Source of the DNA: an uncultured Acidobacteriota bacterium
GTDB taxonomy: Bacteria; Acidobacteriota; Thermoanaerobaculia; UBA5066; DATFVB01
Length of the DNA: 64,000 nt
Direction of reading: 5' to 3'
Assembly (NCBI GenBank): GCA_963813155.1
Contig: CAWEYG010000002.1
Location: 736,001-800,000, forward strand
Under the pieces are notes generated by a model. It did not search any database. It was not told the DNA's origin and worked only from the letters and a program-made list of their open reading frames with translations. The position numbers were made by a program, and so were the translations under genes. Of the stretch, positions 53,195 through 64,000 are shown piece after piece (within the stretch, counting starts at the first letter, position 1; the number at the start of each line of letters is the position of its first letter).

Positions 53195-55296
53195 CTACTG
53201 CGGGTTCTCCTGCGCCTGTCTTGCCTCGGCCTCGCGCTGCTTCTCGACAGCGTTTCGTACTGCGGGGTTCGTCTTCCATTCGATGCCCTGCTCGATCGAG
53301 CGCCCGTATTCCACCGGAGTGGAGGAGGAATCCCCGCTCCGATTCCGGCTTCTCCACTTCGACCAGGAATCCGGTGCGCGTTCGCCCACGCGTCCTGCCG
53401 GATTCCCGTGAGCTGCCAGGAGACTTTCTGGCCGGGCTTCTCGCCCTTGATGGCGAACTGGCTGCCCTGGACCTCCCGCTCGATCCACACGGGGCTGAAG
53501 CCGCCCATGCACGTGAGCTGATAGCGGAAGTCGCTATTCAGGGACTCGAACCACGCGGGCAGCGGACGATCGCGTTCGCCGCGAGCGTCGAGGATCGTGA
53601 CGCCGTTGTAGATGTTCATCATGTCGGAGGATTCGACGAAGGAGTGGTAGAGGTACTTGTTGTCGGGTCGATCGGATCGTCGATCTTGAACGATCCGCCC
53701 GAGTTTCGACACCGTACCGGTGACGTTGACGTTGCCGAAGAAGTAGTCCCGCCCAGGGTGAGGTGCCGCCGCTCGCATAACCGAAGACGCCGACTCGCGT
53801 ATCACCGACGAGGTACGAATCTCCTTCGACTCCGTAGGAGAAAGACCCGCCGCCGTTCGAACCGGCAACCATGCCGATCCCCTCCACGCCGAGGACGCCG
53901 TAGCCTACGACGCCGTACCACTTGCCCATATGTCGTGCTGCTCGAGCGTCCCGAAGACCCCCGTGCCGTCGTGGCTGTCTCCCCAGACGCCGATCGGAAA
54001 CGTGGGCGTCGTGCCGGACCCGAAGTTCTGGTCGCCGTAGATGGCGGCGGCTCCCGCGCCGCTGTCGAACGTGAAACCGAGCACGCCGAAATAGTGGGAG
54101 TTGAAAAACCGGCCGAGCTCTCCCCAGGCCTGGGCGCCGCTTCCGTTCGTCGCGTCGCCGTAGACGCCGACGACCTTCGCCGTGCCGTAGATCGCGGGTG
54201 TATAGCTGGTGACGTTCGTGTCGGTGGTGGAGGCGAAGACGCCGACCTGAGTCCCCGCGAGAGTCACCGTCGTCTCGCTGTTGGAGAGGTTCAACGGCGC
54301 TGCCACGGAGAGAGGATTGCCCCCCGTGCCGTCGCCCGTGAGCGTCCCGTTGTGCGAGACCGAGGCGAGCCCTCCGCCGCCCCCGCCCGCGGCGTTGATG
54401 ACGATGTTGTTGCCCGAGCCGCCGAACGTCACGTTCGTGCCCGCGCTGAGCGTGACGGCTCCCGTCAGCCCGTTCAAACTCGTGACGCCCGCGCTGCCCA
54501 GAAGCGCGTCGCGGAAGCTCATCTCGAAGCCGGACTGGTCCTGCGGGCCGCCGTTGCCCACCTGCGAGCCCGCGAAGAGCACCGTCCCCGAGCCGGCGGT
54601 CACGGTCGCCGCGAGGCGCGCGTTCGACGTCGACGCGGCCGGAGCGACGGCATTGGCCGAGAGAAGAAGGTGCTCGTACGGCAGCAGCGGAACGTCCGTC
54701 GCCCCGAGCTGCGTTCCCGCGGCGTCGAGAGCCTGGACGTGCACCGTGCACGAGCTGCCGGAGGTCTCGAGCAACACGTAGTTGTAGCGAAAATCGAGAC
54801 CCGACCCCAGGTAGACACCCTGAAGGGTCGCCGATTGCCCGAGAGAAATCGAGAAACCCTTCGGGATGCCCGAGAAGAACTGTCCCGCCGTCTGGGAGAG
54901 CGGAACGGAGGCGGGCTGGTTGTAGATCCGCTCCGCGACAAAGATTTCCCCCGTCGAGAGGATTCGAGCGGCGCCGTTCACATTCGTCAGGTGAAGCTGC
55001 GTGCCGACGACGTCGGTGTAACGCTTCGTCTGACCCGCCGCCAGGCTGTCGGAAAAGGAAGTCGGCGTGAGGTTCGCCTGCCCCGCCTGGAGGAACTGGA
55101 ACGTGTAACTCACGGAAGAGGCGCCGACGTTCGTGATCCAGACGTCCGAAAAGAACTGCGCCCCCCCGGACCCCTGCGGGTTGCCGATGGCGGCAAGGTA
55201 GGTTTCGGTTCCCGCGAACCCCGCGAAAGCCAGGCTCGCCAGCAGAACCATGCACACGGCCAGTGAAGAGACGCGAAGGAGAGGGCTCGATTTCAT
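53195..55296 (-). pseudogene. Paralog B of the exported tail-fibre/adhesin-like protein, with multiple frameshifts in 53300-53950 (pseudogene or sequencing error)
   Basis: N-terminal region nearly identical to 40697-42694 (FAGFAGTETYLAAIGNPQG...GSAGVTSLNGLTGAVTL). The C-terminal NKYLYHSFVES domain is spread over several reading frames. Confidence 0.75.
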
Positions 55297-55366
55297 TTTG
55301 ACCTCCTGCAGGAAGAAATTGGAACGATCTTACCCCTTCCGATGGGAGGAGTGGGAGGAAAAAGAG

Positions 55367-56107
55367 TCACCGTTCGGTTTTCGTGGGTGCGATCTCGTAG
55401 ACCGCCTCGACCTGCGCCGAAATCGTGAGTTCGCCCGACTCGATCGGCGGGCCGGCGGCAAGCGACATCGCCCGCATCGCGACCGGCCGCGGCGAGGAGC
55501 CGCCCTCTTCCGACAGGGAGAGAAGCGGGCCGAGGGCCACGCCGCTCGCGCGGGCGAGCCCTTCCGCGCGGGCCCGGGCGTCCGCGACGGCCGCATCGCG
55601 CGCCTTCGCGCGCAGCGGGCGGGGGTCGTCGATCGAAAACGAAATTCCGAAAACGTCGTTCGCGCCGGCCGCCAGCGCGCCGTCGAGAACGTCGCCGACC
55701 CGGTCGCGGTCGCGAATGGTGACCTCGACGACGTTGCGAACGACGTATTGCCCGGGTTGCGGAGGTTGCTCGGCTGGACGTTCGAAATTGACCGAGAAAT
55801 CGCTCGTGCGGATGTCCCTCGCGCCGATCCCCGCCTTTTTCAGCGCGGCGACGACGGCGGTCATCCGCGAGCTCGCGTCCGCGACGGCCGTGCCCGCTCT
55901 CGGGGAGCGGATCTCGACGCCGAGGCTCGTCCTCGCCACGTCGGGAGTCCCGGTTGCCTGCCCCTCCCCGACGACCGAAATCGTGCGCCGCGGCGGAAAG
56001 CCCCCGTGCGGCTCCCCCGGAACCCTGGAGTCCGCCGCGGCCGCGGCGGCCGCGAGCCCGATCGCGAGCGGGACCGCTCCCCATGCGGGACGAAGTGCGA
56101 ATTTCAT
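55367..56107 (-). CDS. SIMPL (DUF541) domain periplasmic protein
   Basis: TISVVGEG....PDVA, DIRTS, AVADARARAE.LA, GELTISAQVEAVY. Confidence 0.9.
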   Translation of the reverse strand: MKFALRPAWGAVPLAIGLAAAAAAADSRVPGEPHGGFPPRRTISVVGEGQATGTPDVARTSLGVEIRSPRAGTAVADASSRMTAVVAALKKAGIGARDIRTSDFSVNFERPAEQPPQPGQYVVRNVVEVTIRDRDRVGDVLDGALAAGANDVFGISFSIDDPRPLRAKARDAAVADARARAEGLARASGVALGPLLSLSEEGGSSPRPVAMRAMSLAAGPPIESGELTISAQVEAVYEIAPTKTER

Positions 56108-56151
56108 GCGCGCCTCCGCCGCGAGCGTATCGCAAGGCGGAGCGGCTCGCG

Positions 56152-57285
56152 TCAGTCCGCCGTCTCGACCTCGTACACGTCGATGCCGGTACCCATCCTC
56201 GCGAACCGGTCGATCGGGCTGCGCCAGAACACCCTCTTCCAGGCCGGCCGCCGGCTCTTGCCGAACATCGCGACGGTGACGCCGTTCCGGCTCGCGAAAT
56301 TCAGCAGCTCCTGCGCGACGTCCTTCGCCGAGAGCCAGACGACCTTCGCTCCGAGCTCCATTGCGAGCGTCACGTTTTCCGAAAGGAGCCGGTGGTCCCG
56401 AGCGGACATCCGGTGCGGGTGCTCCTTCGGCGTGCGGACGTAGGCCGCGAACCAGTTCGTGTTCATTCGTCCCGCGAGGGCGGAAGCCTTTCGCAGCAGG
56501 AGGCGGGTCGTCTCCGCGTTGGAGGACATCGCGACCATCACTTTCGTTCCGACCGGCTCGACTTCTCCGGACAGATCGCGCGTTCGGCGCCCCGCTTCGA
56601 GCCGGTCCGCGATCGACCGCATCGCCAGCTCGCGCAGCGACGCGAGGTTCTCTTCGCGAAAGAAGTTGTCGAGCGCCGGGGTGATCCTCCCGGCCGGATA
56701 GATCTTGCCCTCCTTCAGACGCTGGATGAGGTCTTCCGAGGGGAGGTCCACGTTGACGATGGTGTCCGCCTGGCGGAAGACCCGGTCGGGAACGCGTTCG
56801 CGAACGTCGACTCCGGTCGCGCGCGCGACGACGTCGACGAGCGACTCGATGTGCTGGATGTTGACGGTCGTCATCACCGAGATCCCGGCGGAAAGGAGGT
56901 CTTCCACGTCCTGGAACCTCTTCTCGTGCTCGACGCCCGGCGCGTTGGTGTGCGCGAGCTCGTCGACGAGGACGATCTCGGGCTTTCGGGCAAGGATGCC
57001 CGGAAGATCCATCTCTTCCAGCTCTTTTCCCTTGTATGGCACGCGCCGGGCCGGGAGGGCCTCGAGGCCGGCGAGCTTTTCCTCGGTCTCCGCCCGGCCG
57101 TGGGTCTCGACGACTCCGGCGACGACGTCCACGCCGCGCTTCTTGAGGAGGTGCGCGTCCTCGAGCATCTGGTACGTTTTTCCGACTCCGGCGGCATGGC
57201 CGATGTAGATCTTCAACCGGCCCCGGCGCGACTTCTCGATGAGCTTCAGAAAATCTTCCGGCGAGGTCCGCCGCTCGGGTGTCAT
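56152..57285 (-). CDS. kdpD: Short KdpD (N-terminal KdpD domain + USP domain; no TM or histidine kinase)
   Basis: RGRLKIYIGHAAGVGKTYQML, VETHGRAET, LVDELAHTN, NIQHIES, NFFREENL; USP-like C-terminus; stops at 377 aa. Confidence 0.9.
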   Translation of the reverse strand: MTPERRTSPEDFLKLIEKSRRGRLKIYIGHAAGVGKTYQMLEDAHLLKKRGVDVVAGVVETHGRAETEEKLAGLEALPARRVPYKGKELEEMDLPGILARKPEIVLVDELAHTNAPGVEHEKRFQDVEDLLSAGISVMTTVNIQHIESLVDVVARATGVDVRERVPDRVFRQADTIVNVDLPSEDLIQRLKEGKIYPAGRITPALDNFFREENLASLRELAMRSIADRLEAGRRTRDLSGEVEPVGTKVMVAMSSNAETTRLLLRKASALAGRMNTNWFAAYVRTPKEHPHRMSARDHRLLSENVTLAMELGAKVVWLSAKDVAQELLNFASRNGVTVAMFGKSRRPAWKRVFWRSPIDRFARMGTGIDVYEVETAD

Positions 57286-57296
57286 CGGATTTCAGC

Positions 57297-57875
57297 CTAC
57301 TTCGCCGGAAAACTCCGGTCGAGATCGATGTTCGCCAGCAGCACGTTCACGCGCGGATCTCCCAGGAGACCGAAGGTGCGTCCCTCGACGCGTCTTTCGA
57401 TCACGCCCAGAACGGCGGCCTCCGGCACGTTTCTCGCCTTCGCGATCCGCAGGGCCTGCCAGCGAGCGGCCTCCGGAGAAAGGTGCGGATCGAGACCGGA
57501 GCCCGAGGAGGTCACGAGGTCCGCGGGAACGGGGCGAAGATCTCCCGGCCGGTCGGCCCGGGCCGCGGCGACGGCGGCCGACACCGATTTCGCGAGCTCC
57601 GCGCTCGTCGGCCCCAGGTTCGTCCCGGTCGAAGCGGTGCCGTCGTACCCGTCCTTGCCGGCGGCCGACGGCCGCGGATGGAGGTAGCGGTCACCGCCGA
57701 AATTCTGGCCGATGAGCGAGGACCCGACGATCCTGCCGTTCGCCGAGACGAAGGAGCCGTCCGCCTCGCGAGGCCAGAAGAGGTGCGCGGCGATCGTCAC
57801 GAACGCCGGATACGCGCCGCCCAGGAGAACCGTCAGCACGACGACATATCCGGTCGCTTTCAGCAAAAGTTTCAT
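57297..57875 (-). CDS. kdpC: K+-transporting ATPase subunit C
   Basis: GSSLIGQNF, HPRPSA, PADLVTSSGSGLDPHLS, RVNVLLAN. Confidence 0.96.
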   Translation of the reverse strand: MKLLLKATGYVVVLTVLLGGAYPAFVTIAAHLFWPREADGSFVSANGRIVGSSLIGQNFGGDRYLHPRPSAAGKDGYDGTASTGTNLGPTSAELAKSVSAAVAAARADRPGDLRPVPADLVTSSGSGLDPHLSPEAARWQALRIAKARNVPEAAVLGVIERRVEGRTFGLLGDPRVNVLLANIDLDRSFPAK

Positions 57876-57882
57876 GCTCCCC

Positions 57883-59912
<2,030 letters not shown>

Positions 59913-59923
59913 GGTGCCCCTCC

Positions 59924-61633
59924 TCAATAGAGCGTGCCGGCCCGCATCGCCAGGTGTTCGACGATGGGGCCGAGCGAAAAGGCCGGGAAGAACGTCAACG
60001 CGCCGACGATCACGATCACGCCGACGAGCAGGAACGCGAAAAGCGGGCCGGTCACGGGAAACGTCCCGGCGGAGGCGGGAACCTTCTTCTTCGCCGCGAG
60101 CGAGCCTGCGATCCCGAGGATCGGAATCAGCATGAAGAATCTTCCGAAGAACATGTCGAAGCCGAGCGAGACGTTGTACCAGAGCGTGTTCGCGTTGAGC
60201 CCCGCGAACGCGGAGCCGTTGTTTCCCGCTCCGGAGGTGAACGCGTAAAGGATTTCCGAAAACCCGTGCGGTCCCTTGTTGTTCAGAGAGGACAACCCCG
60301 GCGGGATGACGGACGAAATCGCGGAGAGCCCGAGGATGAAGAGCGTCAGGACGAGCACCGAGAGCATCGCGAGCTTGACCTCTCGCGCCTCGATCTTCTT
60401 GCCGAGGTATTCGGGCGTGCGCCCGACCATCAGTCCCGCGATGAAGACCGAGAGCACGATGAAGACGAACATCCCGTACAGCCCCGCACCGACTCCGCCG
60501 AAGATCACCTCTCCCGTCGCGATGTTCGCGAGCGGGACGAGGCCGCCGAGCGGCGTGAAGGAGTCGTGCATTCCGTTGACCGCCCCGCACGACGCGTCGG
60601 TCGTGACGGTCGCGAAGAGGGTCGAATCGCCGATGCCGAAGCGGACTTCCTTGCCCTCCATGTTTCCGGCCGCCGCCGCGACGCCGGCCCTCTGGTGAAT
60701 CGGGTTGCCGCGCCTCTCCGAAACGTCGCACACGACGACTCCCGCCCAGAAGAGCAGCGCCATCGCGGCAAACACCGCCCAGCCGTGCCGGACGGAGCCC
60801 GTCATCTTCCCGAGCGTGCTCGTGAGCCCGGCGCCGATCGCGAAGATCAGCAGCATCTGGACGAAGTTCGTGCCGGGAGTCGGGTTCTCGTACGGGTGCG
60901 CGGAGTTCGCGTTGAAGAACCCTCCTCCGTTCGTCCCGAATTCCTTGATCGCCTCCTGCGAGGCCACCGGGCCCTGGGAGATCTTCTGGGTCTTGCCTTC
61001 GAGGGTCTGAACCGAGACGTCGGCCCGGAAGTTCTGGACGACGCCGCGGGAAACGAAGAAGAGCGCGGAGACGAAAGAGATCGGGAGAAGCACCCACACG
61101 ATCGCCCGGGTGCAGTCGAACCAGAAGTTGCCGATCCCCTTCGCCTTCTCGCGCGCGATGCCGCGGATGACGGCGACGGCGATCGCGATGCCCGTGGCCG
61201 CCGACAGGAAATTGTGGAGCGCGAGGCCGGCCATCTGCGTGAAGAACGACATCGTCGATTCGCCCGAGTAGCCCTGCCAGTTCGTGTTCGTCGTGAACGA
61301 GACGGCCGTGTTCCACGAGGAATCGGGCGAGACGGGCCCGAAGTGGTTCGGGTTCAGCGGCAGCCACTTCTGGAGCCGCTGCAGGAGGTACAGGATCACG
61401 AGCGAAGCGCCGTTGACGGCGAGCATCGCGATCGTCCATTCGACCCAGGTCTGTTCCTGCGCGGCATCGACGCCGCACACGCGGTAGATGCCGCGCTCGA
61501 CCGGCCGGAACACGAAATCGAGCGGAGTTTTCTCGCCCGAGAACACGCGCTTCATGTAGCCGCCGAGGACCGGAGTGATCGCGACGATCAGCGCGAAATA
61601 GACCGCGATTTCCCAGAAGTTGATCGCGGTCAC
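59924..61633 (-). CDS. kdpA: K+-transporting ATPase subunit A
   Basis: [58 protein letters not shown]. Confidence 0.97.
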   Translation of the reverse strand: MTAINFWEIAVYFALIVAITPVLGGYMKRVFSGEKTPLDFVFRPVERGIYRVCGVDAAQEQTWVEWTIAMLAVNGASLVILYLLQRLQKWLPLNPNHFGPVSPDSSWNTAVSFTTNTNWQGYSGESTMSFFTQMAGLALHNFLSAATGIAIAVAVIRGIAREKAKGIGNFWFDCTRAIVWVLLPISFVSALFFVSRGVVQNFRADVSVQTLEGKTQKISQGPVASQEAIKEFGTNGGGFFNANSAHPYENPTPGTNFVQMLLIFAIGAGLTSTLGKMTGSVRHGWAVFAAMALLFWAGVVVCDVSERRGNPIHQRAGVAAAAGNMEGKEVRFGIGDSTLFATVTTDASCGAVNGMHDSFTPLGGLVPLANIATGEVIFGGVGAGLYGMFVFIVLSVFIAGLMVGRTPEYLGKKIEAREVKLAMLSVLVLTLFILGLSAISSVIPPGLSSLNNKGPHGFSEILYAFTSGAGNNGSAFAGLNANTLWYNVSLGFDMFFGRFFMLIPILGIAGSLAAKKKVPASAGTFPVTGPLFAFLLVGVIVIVGALTFFPAFSLGPIVEHLAMRAGTLY

Positions 61634-61719
61634 ACTTCCTCCGCCTTCAGCATGGCCCAGAGCAGGTAGACGAGCAGCCCCGCCGTGATCAGCAGCCCGA
61701 CGATGTCTTCCCAGTTCAT
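61630..61719 (-). CDS. kdpF: KdpF small subunit (29 aa, not in ORF track)
   Basis: Translates [29 protein letters not shown]; YL..A...E motif; GTGA overlap with kdpA. Confidence 0.88.
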   Translation of the reverse strand: MNWEDIVGLLITAGLLVYLLWAMLKAEEV

Positions 61720-61729
61720 GACGAGATCC

Positions 61730-61813
61730 TCAAATCCTGTCGCAGCGCCGGGTGTAGGCGGCCGCGAGCCAGAACAGGAAAACCGAAAGCGCGAGAAAAA
61801 CGAGGTCCATCAT
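61730..61813 (-). CDS. Second small hydrophobic kdp-associated peptide (27 aa)
   Basis: MMDLVFLALSVFLFWLAAAYTRRCDRI with RBS AAGGAGG, between the porin and kdpF. Confidence 0.75.
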   Translation of the reverse strand: MMDLVFLALSVFLFWLAAAYTRRCDRI

Positions 61814-61824
61814 CACGACCTCCT

Positions 61825-63237
61825 TCAGAACTTGACGAGAAGGGCCGCCGTGAACCGGCTCTCCGTCTTGACGAGATCGGGAGTGAACCCCGTCACGACG
61901 GAGCCCGGAAGCCCGCTGTTGCCGCCCGGCGGCGTGATTCCGCCTGGCCCCGAGAAGTAGGGCACGTTCGCGGCGCGCCGATTGAACTCGAACCGGAACG
62001 TCACGAAGTCTTCCGGCATGTAGTCGAACGTCACGGAGTAATCCCACGCGCGGAACGGGTCGCCGGGATTTTCCGTGAAATAGGGAGTGCCCGAAAACGC
62101 GCTCGCCCCGTTGATCGGAGGCAGCAGCACGAGATAACGGCCGGGGTTGTCGATCTCTCCCCCGCCGAGCGTGACGCCGTACTTGTCGTTGTGGAACCAG
62201 AGGCGGTTGTAGACCATGAAGCCGATGAAGTACTGCGACGGCTTCGTCGCCGTGCCTCCCGTACAGACGACGTCTCCGCCGCTCTCGCACCCCGCGTCGA
62301 ACGTCAGAGTGGCGGCGGCCTTGTCGAGAAAGGACCCCGACCGATCGAGGTACTTCACCTGGATGCTGTCGTCCGTGTGGATTCGATGCCGATCCGGCAC
62401 GCCGAGCAGGTCCTTGCCGTAGTAGTTGTTCGACACGATCGAAAGCGAGCCCGTCGGCCGCCAGAGGATCTGCCCGCCGACTCCCGGCGCCTTATTGAAC
62501 TTTCCGTACGACTGCCAGCCGTTGATGATCCACGGCTCGATCTTCAACTTGTCGCTCGGGAAGTACTGAATCCGCAGTCCTTCGAAATACCACGGCGTGT
62601 TCGACGAAACGTACGACGGCTGATAGGCCCAGTTGTCGAACTGGTAGAAGCTGAAAAGCCCGATGTACGAGAGAAAAATTCCGGCATCGATGTTGAGCCC
62701 GTTCTTCACGTCGAGGTGGTATCCGCCATACGCCTCGCCGAGGTACCGGTAAGCGCTGTCGAGGTTGTACTGGCCCCGGCCGGGACTGGCGTCGTTGCGC
62801 GGCTGCGTCTCGGAGTACATGCCGAACTGCGTGAGCAGCCTCGCGCGGACGTTTTTGTAATTGAAGTCGCCGCCGAACGCGACATCGGTCAGCTGGACCT
62901 CGTTCGAGCGAAAGACCTCCGTCGAGCCACCGATCGTGTCGTCCTTCGGGTGGTTGAACGAGTAGTGGTAGGCGGTGTCGACGCGAAATTCCCCGGAGAA
63001 GATCTTCCCCGCGAGCGGGTACTCCTTCTGCCGGCTGTTGCCGGTCAGCCAGGTGAAGTCCGCGAACGCGAACGGCTCGAGCGCCTTCTTCTCGGCCGGC
63101 TTCTCCTCCGCGGGGGGCGCCGTTGGCCCCGTCGGAGTCGCCGGTTCGCCCGAAGTCTGTCCCTGCGCGGCGGCGCAGGCCAATACGGCCGCAACCGCGC
63201 CGCAGAAAGAGCAGATGAGTTTCCTGGAGTCTCGCAT
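61825..63237 (-). CDS. Outer-membrane beta-barrel / putative porin, first gene of the kdp operon
   Basis: Signal peptide, FAFADFTWL, EAYGGYH, NWAYQPSYVSSNTP, C-terminal ALLVKF (terminal Phe). Confidence 0.8.
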   Translation of the reverse strand: MRDSRKLICSFCGAVAAVLACAAAQGQTSGEPATPTGPTAPPAEEKPAEKKALEPFAFADFTWLTGNSRQKEYPLAGKIFSGEFRVDTAYHYSFNHPKDDTIGGSTEVFRSNEVQLTDVAFGGDFNYKNVRARLLTQFGMYSETQPRNDASPGRGQYNLDSAYRYLGEAYGGYHLDVKNGLNIDAGIFLSYIGLFSFYQFDNWAYQPSYVSSNTPWYFEGLRIQYFPSDKLKIEPWIINGWQSYGKFNKAPGVGGQILWRPTGSLSIVSNNYYGKDLLGVPDRHRIHTDDSIQVKYLDRSGSFLDKAAATLTFDAGCESGGDVVCTGGTATKPSQYFIGFMVYNRLWFHNDKYGVTLGGGEIDNPGRYLVLLPPINGASAFSGTPYFTENPGDPFRAWDYSVTFDYMPEDFVTFRFEFNRRAANVPYFSGPGGITPPGGNSGLPGSVVTGFTPDLVKTESRFTAALLVKF

Positions 63238-63325
63238 GACTCGAATCTTCGGCCGCGAGGCCGATAGGAGTCCGGGAGAAGTCCGAAAGAATTTCGAAAA
63301 ATTCGACATAAGCTTCGTCGAGGTC

Positions 63326-64000
63326 ATGAAGACGCTCGTCATTTCGGCTGCTGTTTTCGCCGTTGCGGTGAACGTTTTCTCGCAGGAAGCGCCGGTTCCG
63401 GAGGAGAACCTTCAGGCGCACTTCCAGGCGACGGTCGTCACGCAGGCGCATCCGTCGTTCGACGCGCCGTACTCGGGGGCAAACAGCCTTCGCCCGGAGC
63501 CCGAGCACGAATCGACGGTGACCTCGACGCTCTTTCTGGGCGCGCGACTGTGGAAGGGCGGGCAGATCTACGTCAATCCGGAGGTCTCCGGCGGAAGCGG
63601 CCTGAGCAAAGGCTTCGGCGTCGCGGGTTTTCCCAACGGCGAAGCCTTCCGCGTCGGGAACCCGGAGCCTCACGTCTATCTCGCGCGGCTTTTTCTCCGG
63701 CAGACGTTCGCGCTCACGGCCGAGACCGAGAAGGTCGAATCCGATCAGAACCAGCTCGCGGGGAATCGGCCGACTCGACGCATCGTCGTCACCGCGGGAC
63801 GCTTCGGCCTTTCGGATTTCTTCGACGACAACGCGTACGGACACGACCCGCGAACGGGGTTCATGAACTGGGCGGACTGGACGCAGGGCGCCTGGGACTA
63901 TCCGGCCGACACGCGCGGGTACACGTGGGGCGCCGTCGTCGAATACGCCTCTCCGGAGTGGTCCGTTCGCGCCGCCGCCGCCATGGAGCCGAAGGAAGCG
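63326..64000 (+). CDS. OprB-family carbohydrate porin / MnoP-like, 3' truncated by window edge (not in ORF track)
   Basis: Translates MKTLVISAAVFAVAVNVFSQ...HFQATVVTQAHPSFDAPYSGANSL...LFLGARLWKGG..YVNPEV..G.GLS...GVAGFPNGEAFRVG...YAWDYPADTRGY-like motif. Confidence 0.85.
   Translation, partial: MKTLVISAAVFAVAVNVFSQEAPVPEENLQAHFQATVVTQAHPSFDAPYSGANSLRPEPEHESTVTSTLFLGARLWKGGQIYVNPEVSGGSGLSKGFGVAGFPNGEAFRVGNPEPHVYLARLFLRQTFALTAETEKVESDQNQLAGNRPTRRIVVTAGRFGLSDFFDDNAYGHDPRTGFMNWADWTQGAWDYPADTRGYTWGAVVEYASPEWSVRAAAAMEPKEA

Noticed and set aside
40697-55296. Prophage or diversity-generating retroelement explaining the fibre-like paralogs
   Set aside because: No capsid, terminase, integrase or reverse transcriptase; differences between copies are not adenine-specific; housekeeping genes (fbp, ppa, typA) lie between them.

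Overview
GC-rich bacterial chromosomal window. Gene content (Ser/Thr kinase-propeller expansion, bshC-bshB1-bshA, a secreted protein ending in a 'RF.V...W...FWFF...N.E...K.LD' domain) suggests Acidobacteriota, probably Thermoanaerobaculia (inference). It holds housekeeping genes (purD, lepB, bshCB1A, yigZ, add, fbp, ppa, typA), three tRNAs (Arg-CCG, His-GTG, Asn-GTT) plus a diverged 3' fragment of the Arg tRNA, and a kdp operon with an upstream porin and a kinase-less KdpD. The most striking region is a ~20 kb tandem array (17533-37569) of seven Hanks-type Ser/Thr kinase-beta-propeller proteins. Six have a transmembrane helix, one lacks it, and a secreted TPR-like protein is embedded in the array. 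Other notable items: a DapA homologue lacking the Schiff-base Lys, an M13 peptidase with HDxxH, two paralogous exported tail-fibre-like proteins, a dispersed ~115 bp hairpin element in two copies, and many apparently leaderless genes. Several genes carry single-base insertions in short base runs, most likely sequencing/assembly errors. No CRISPR, rRNA, integrase or transposase was seen.
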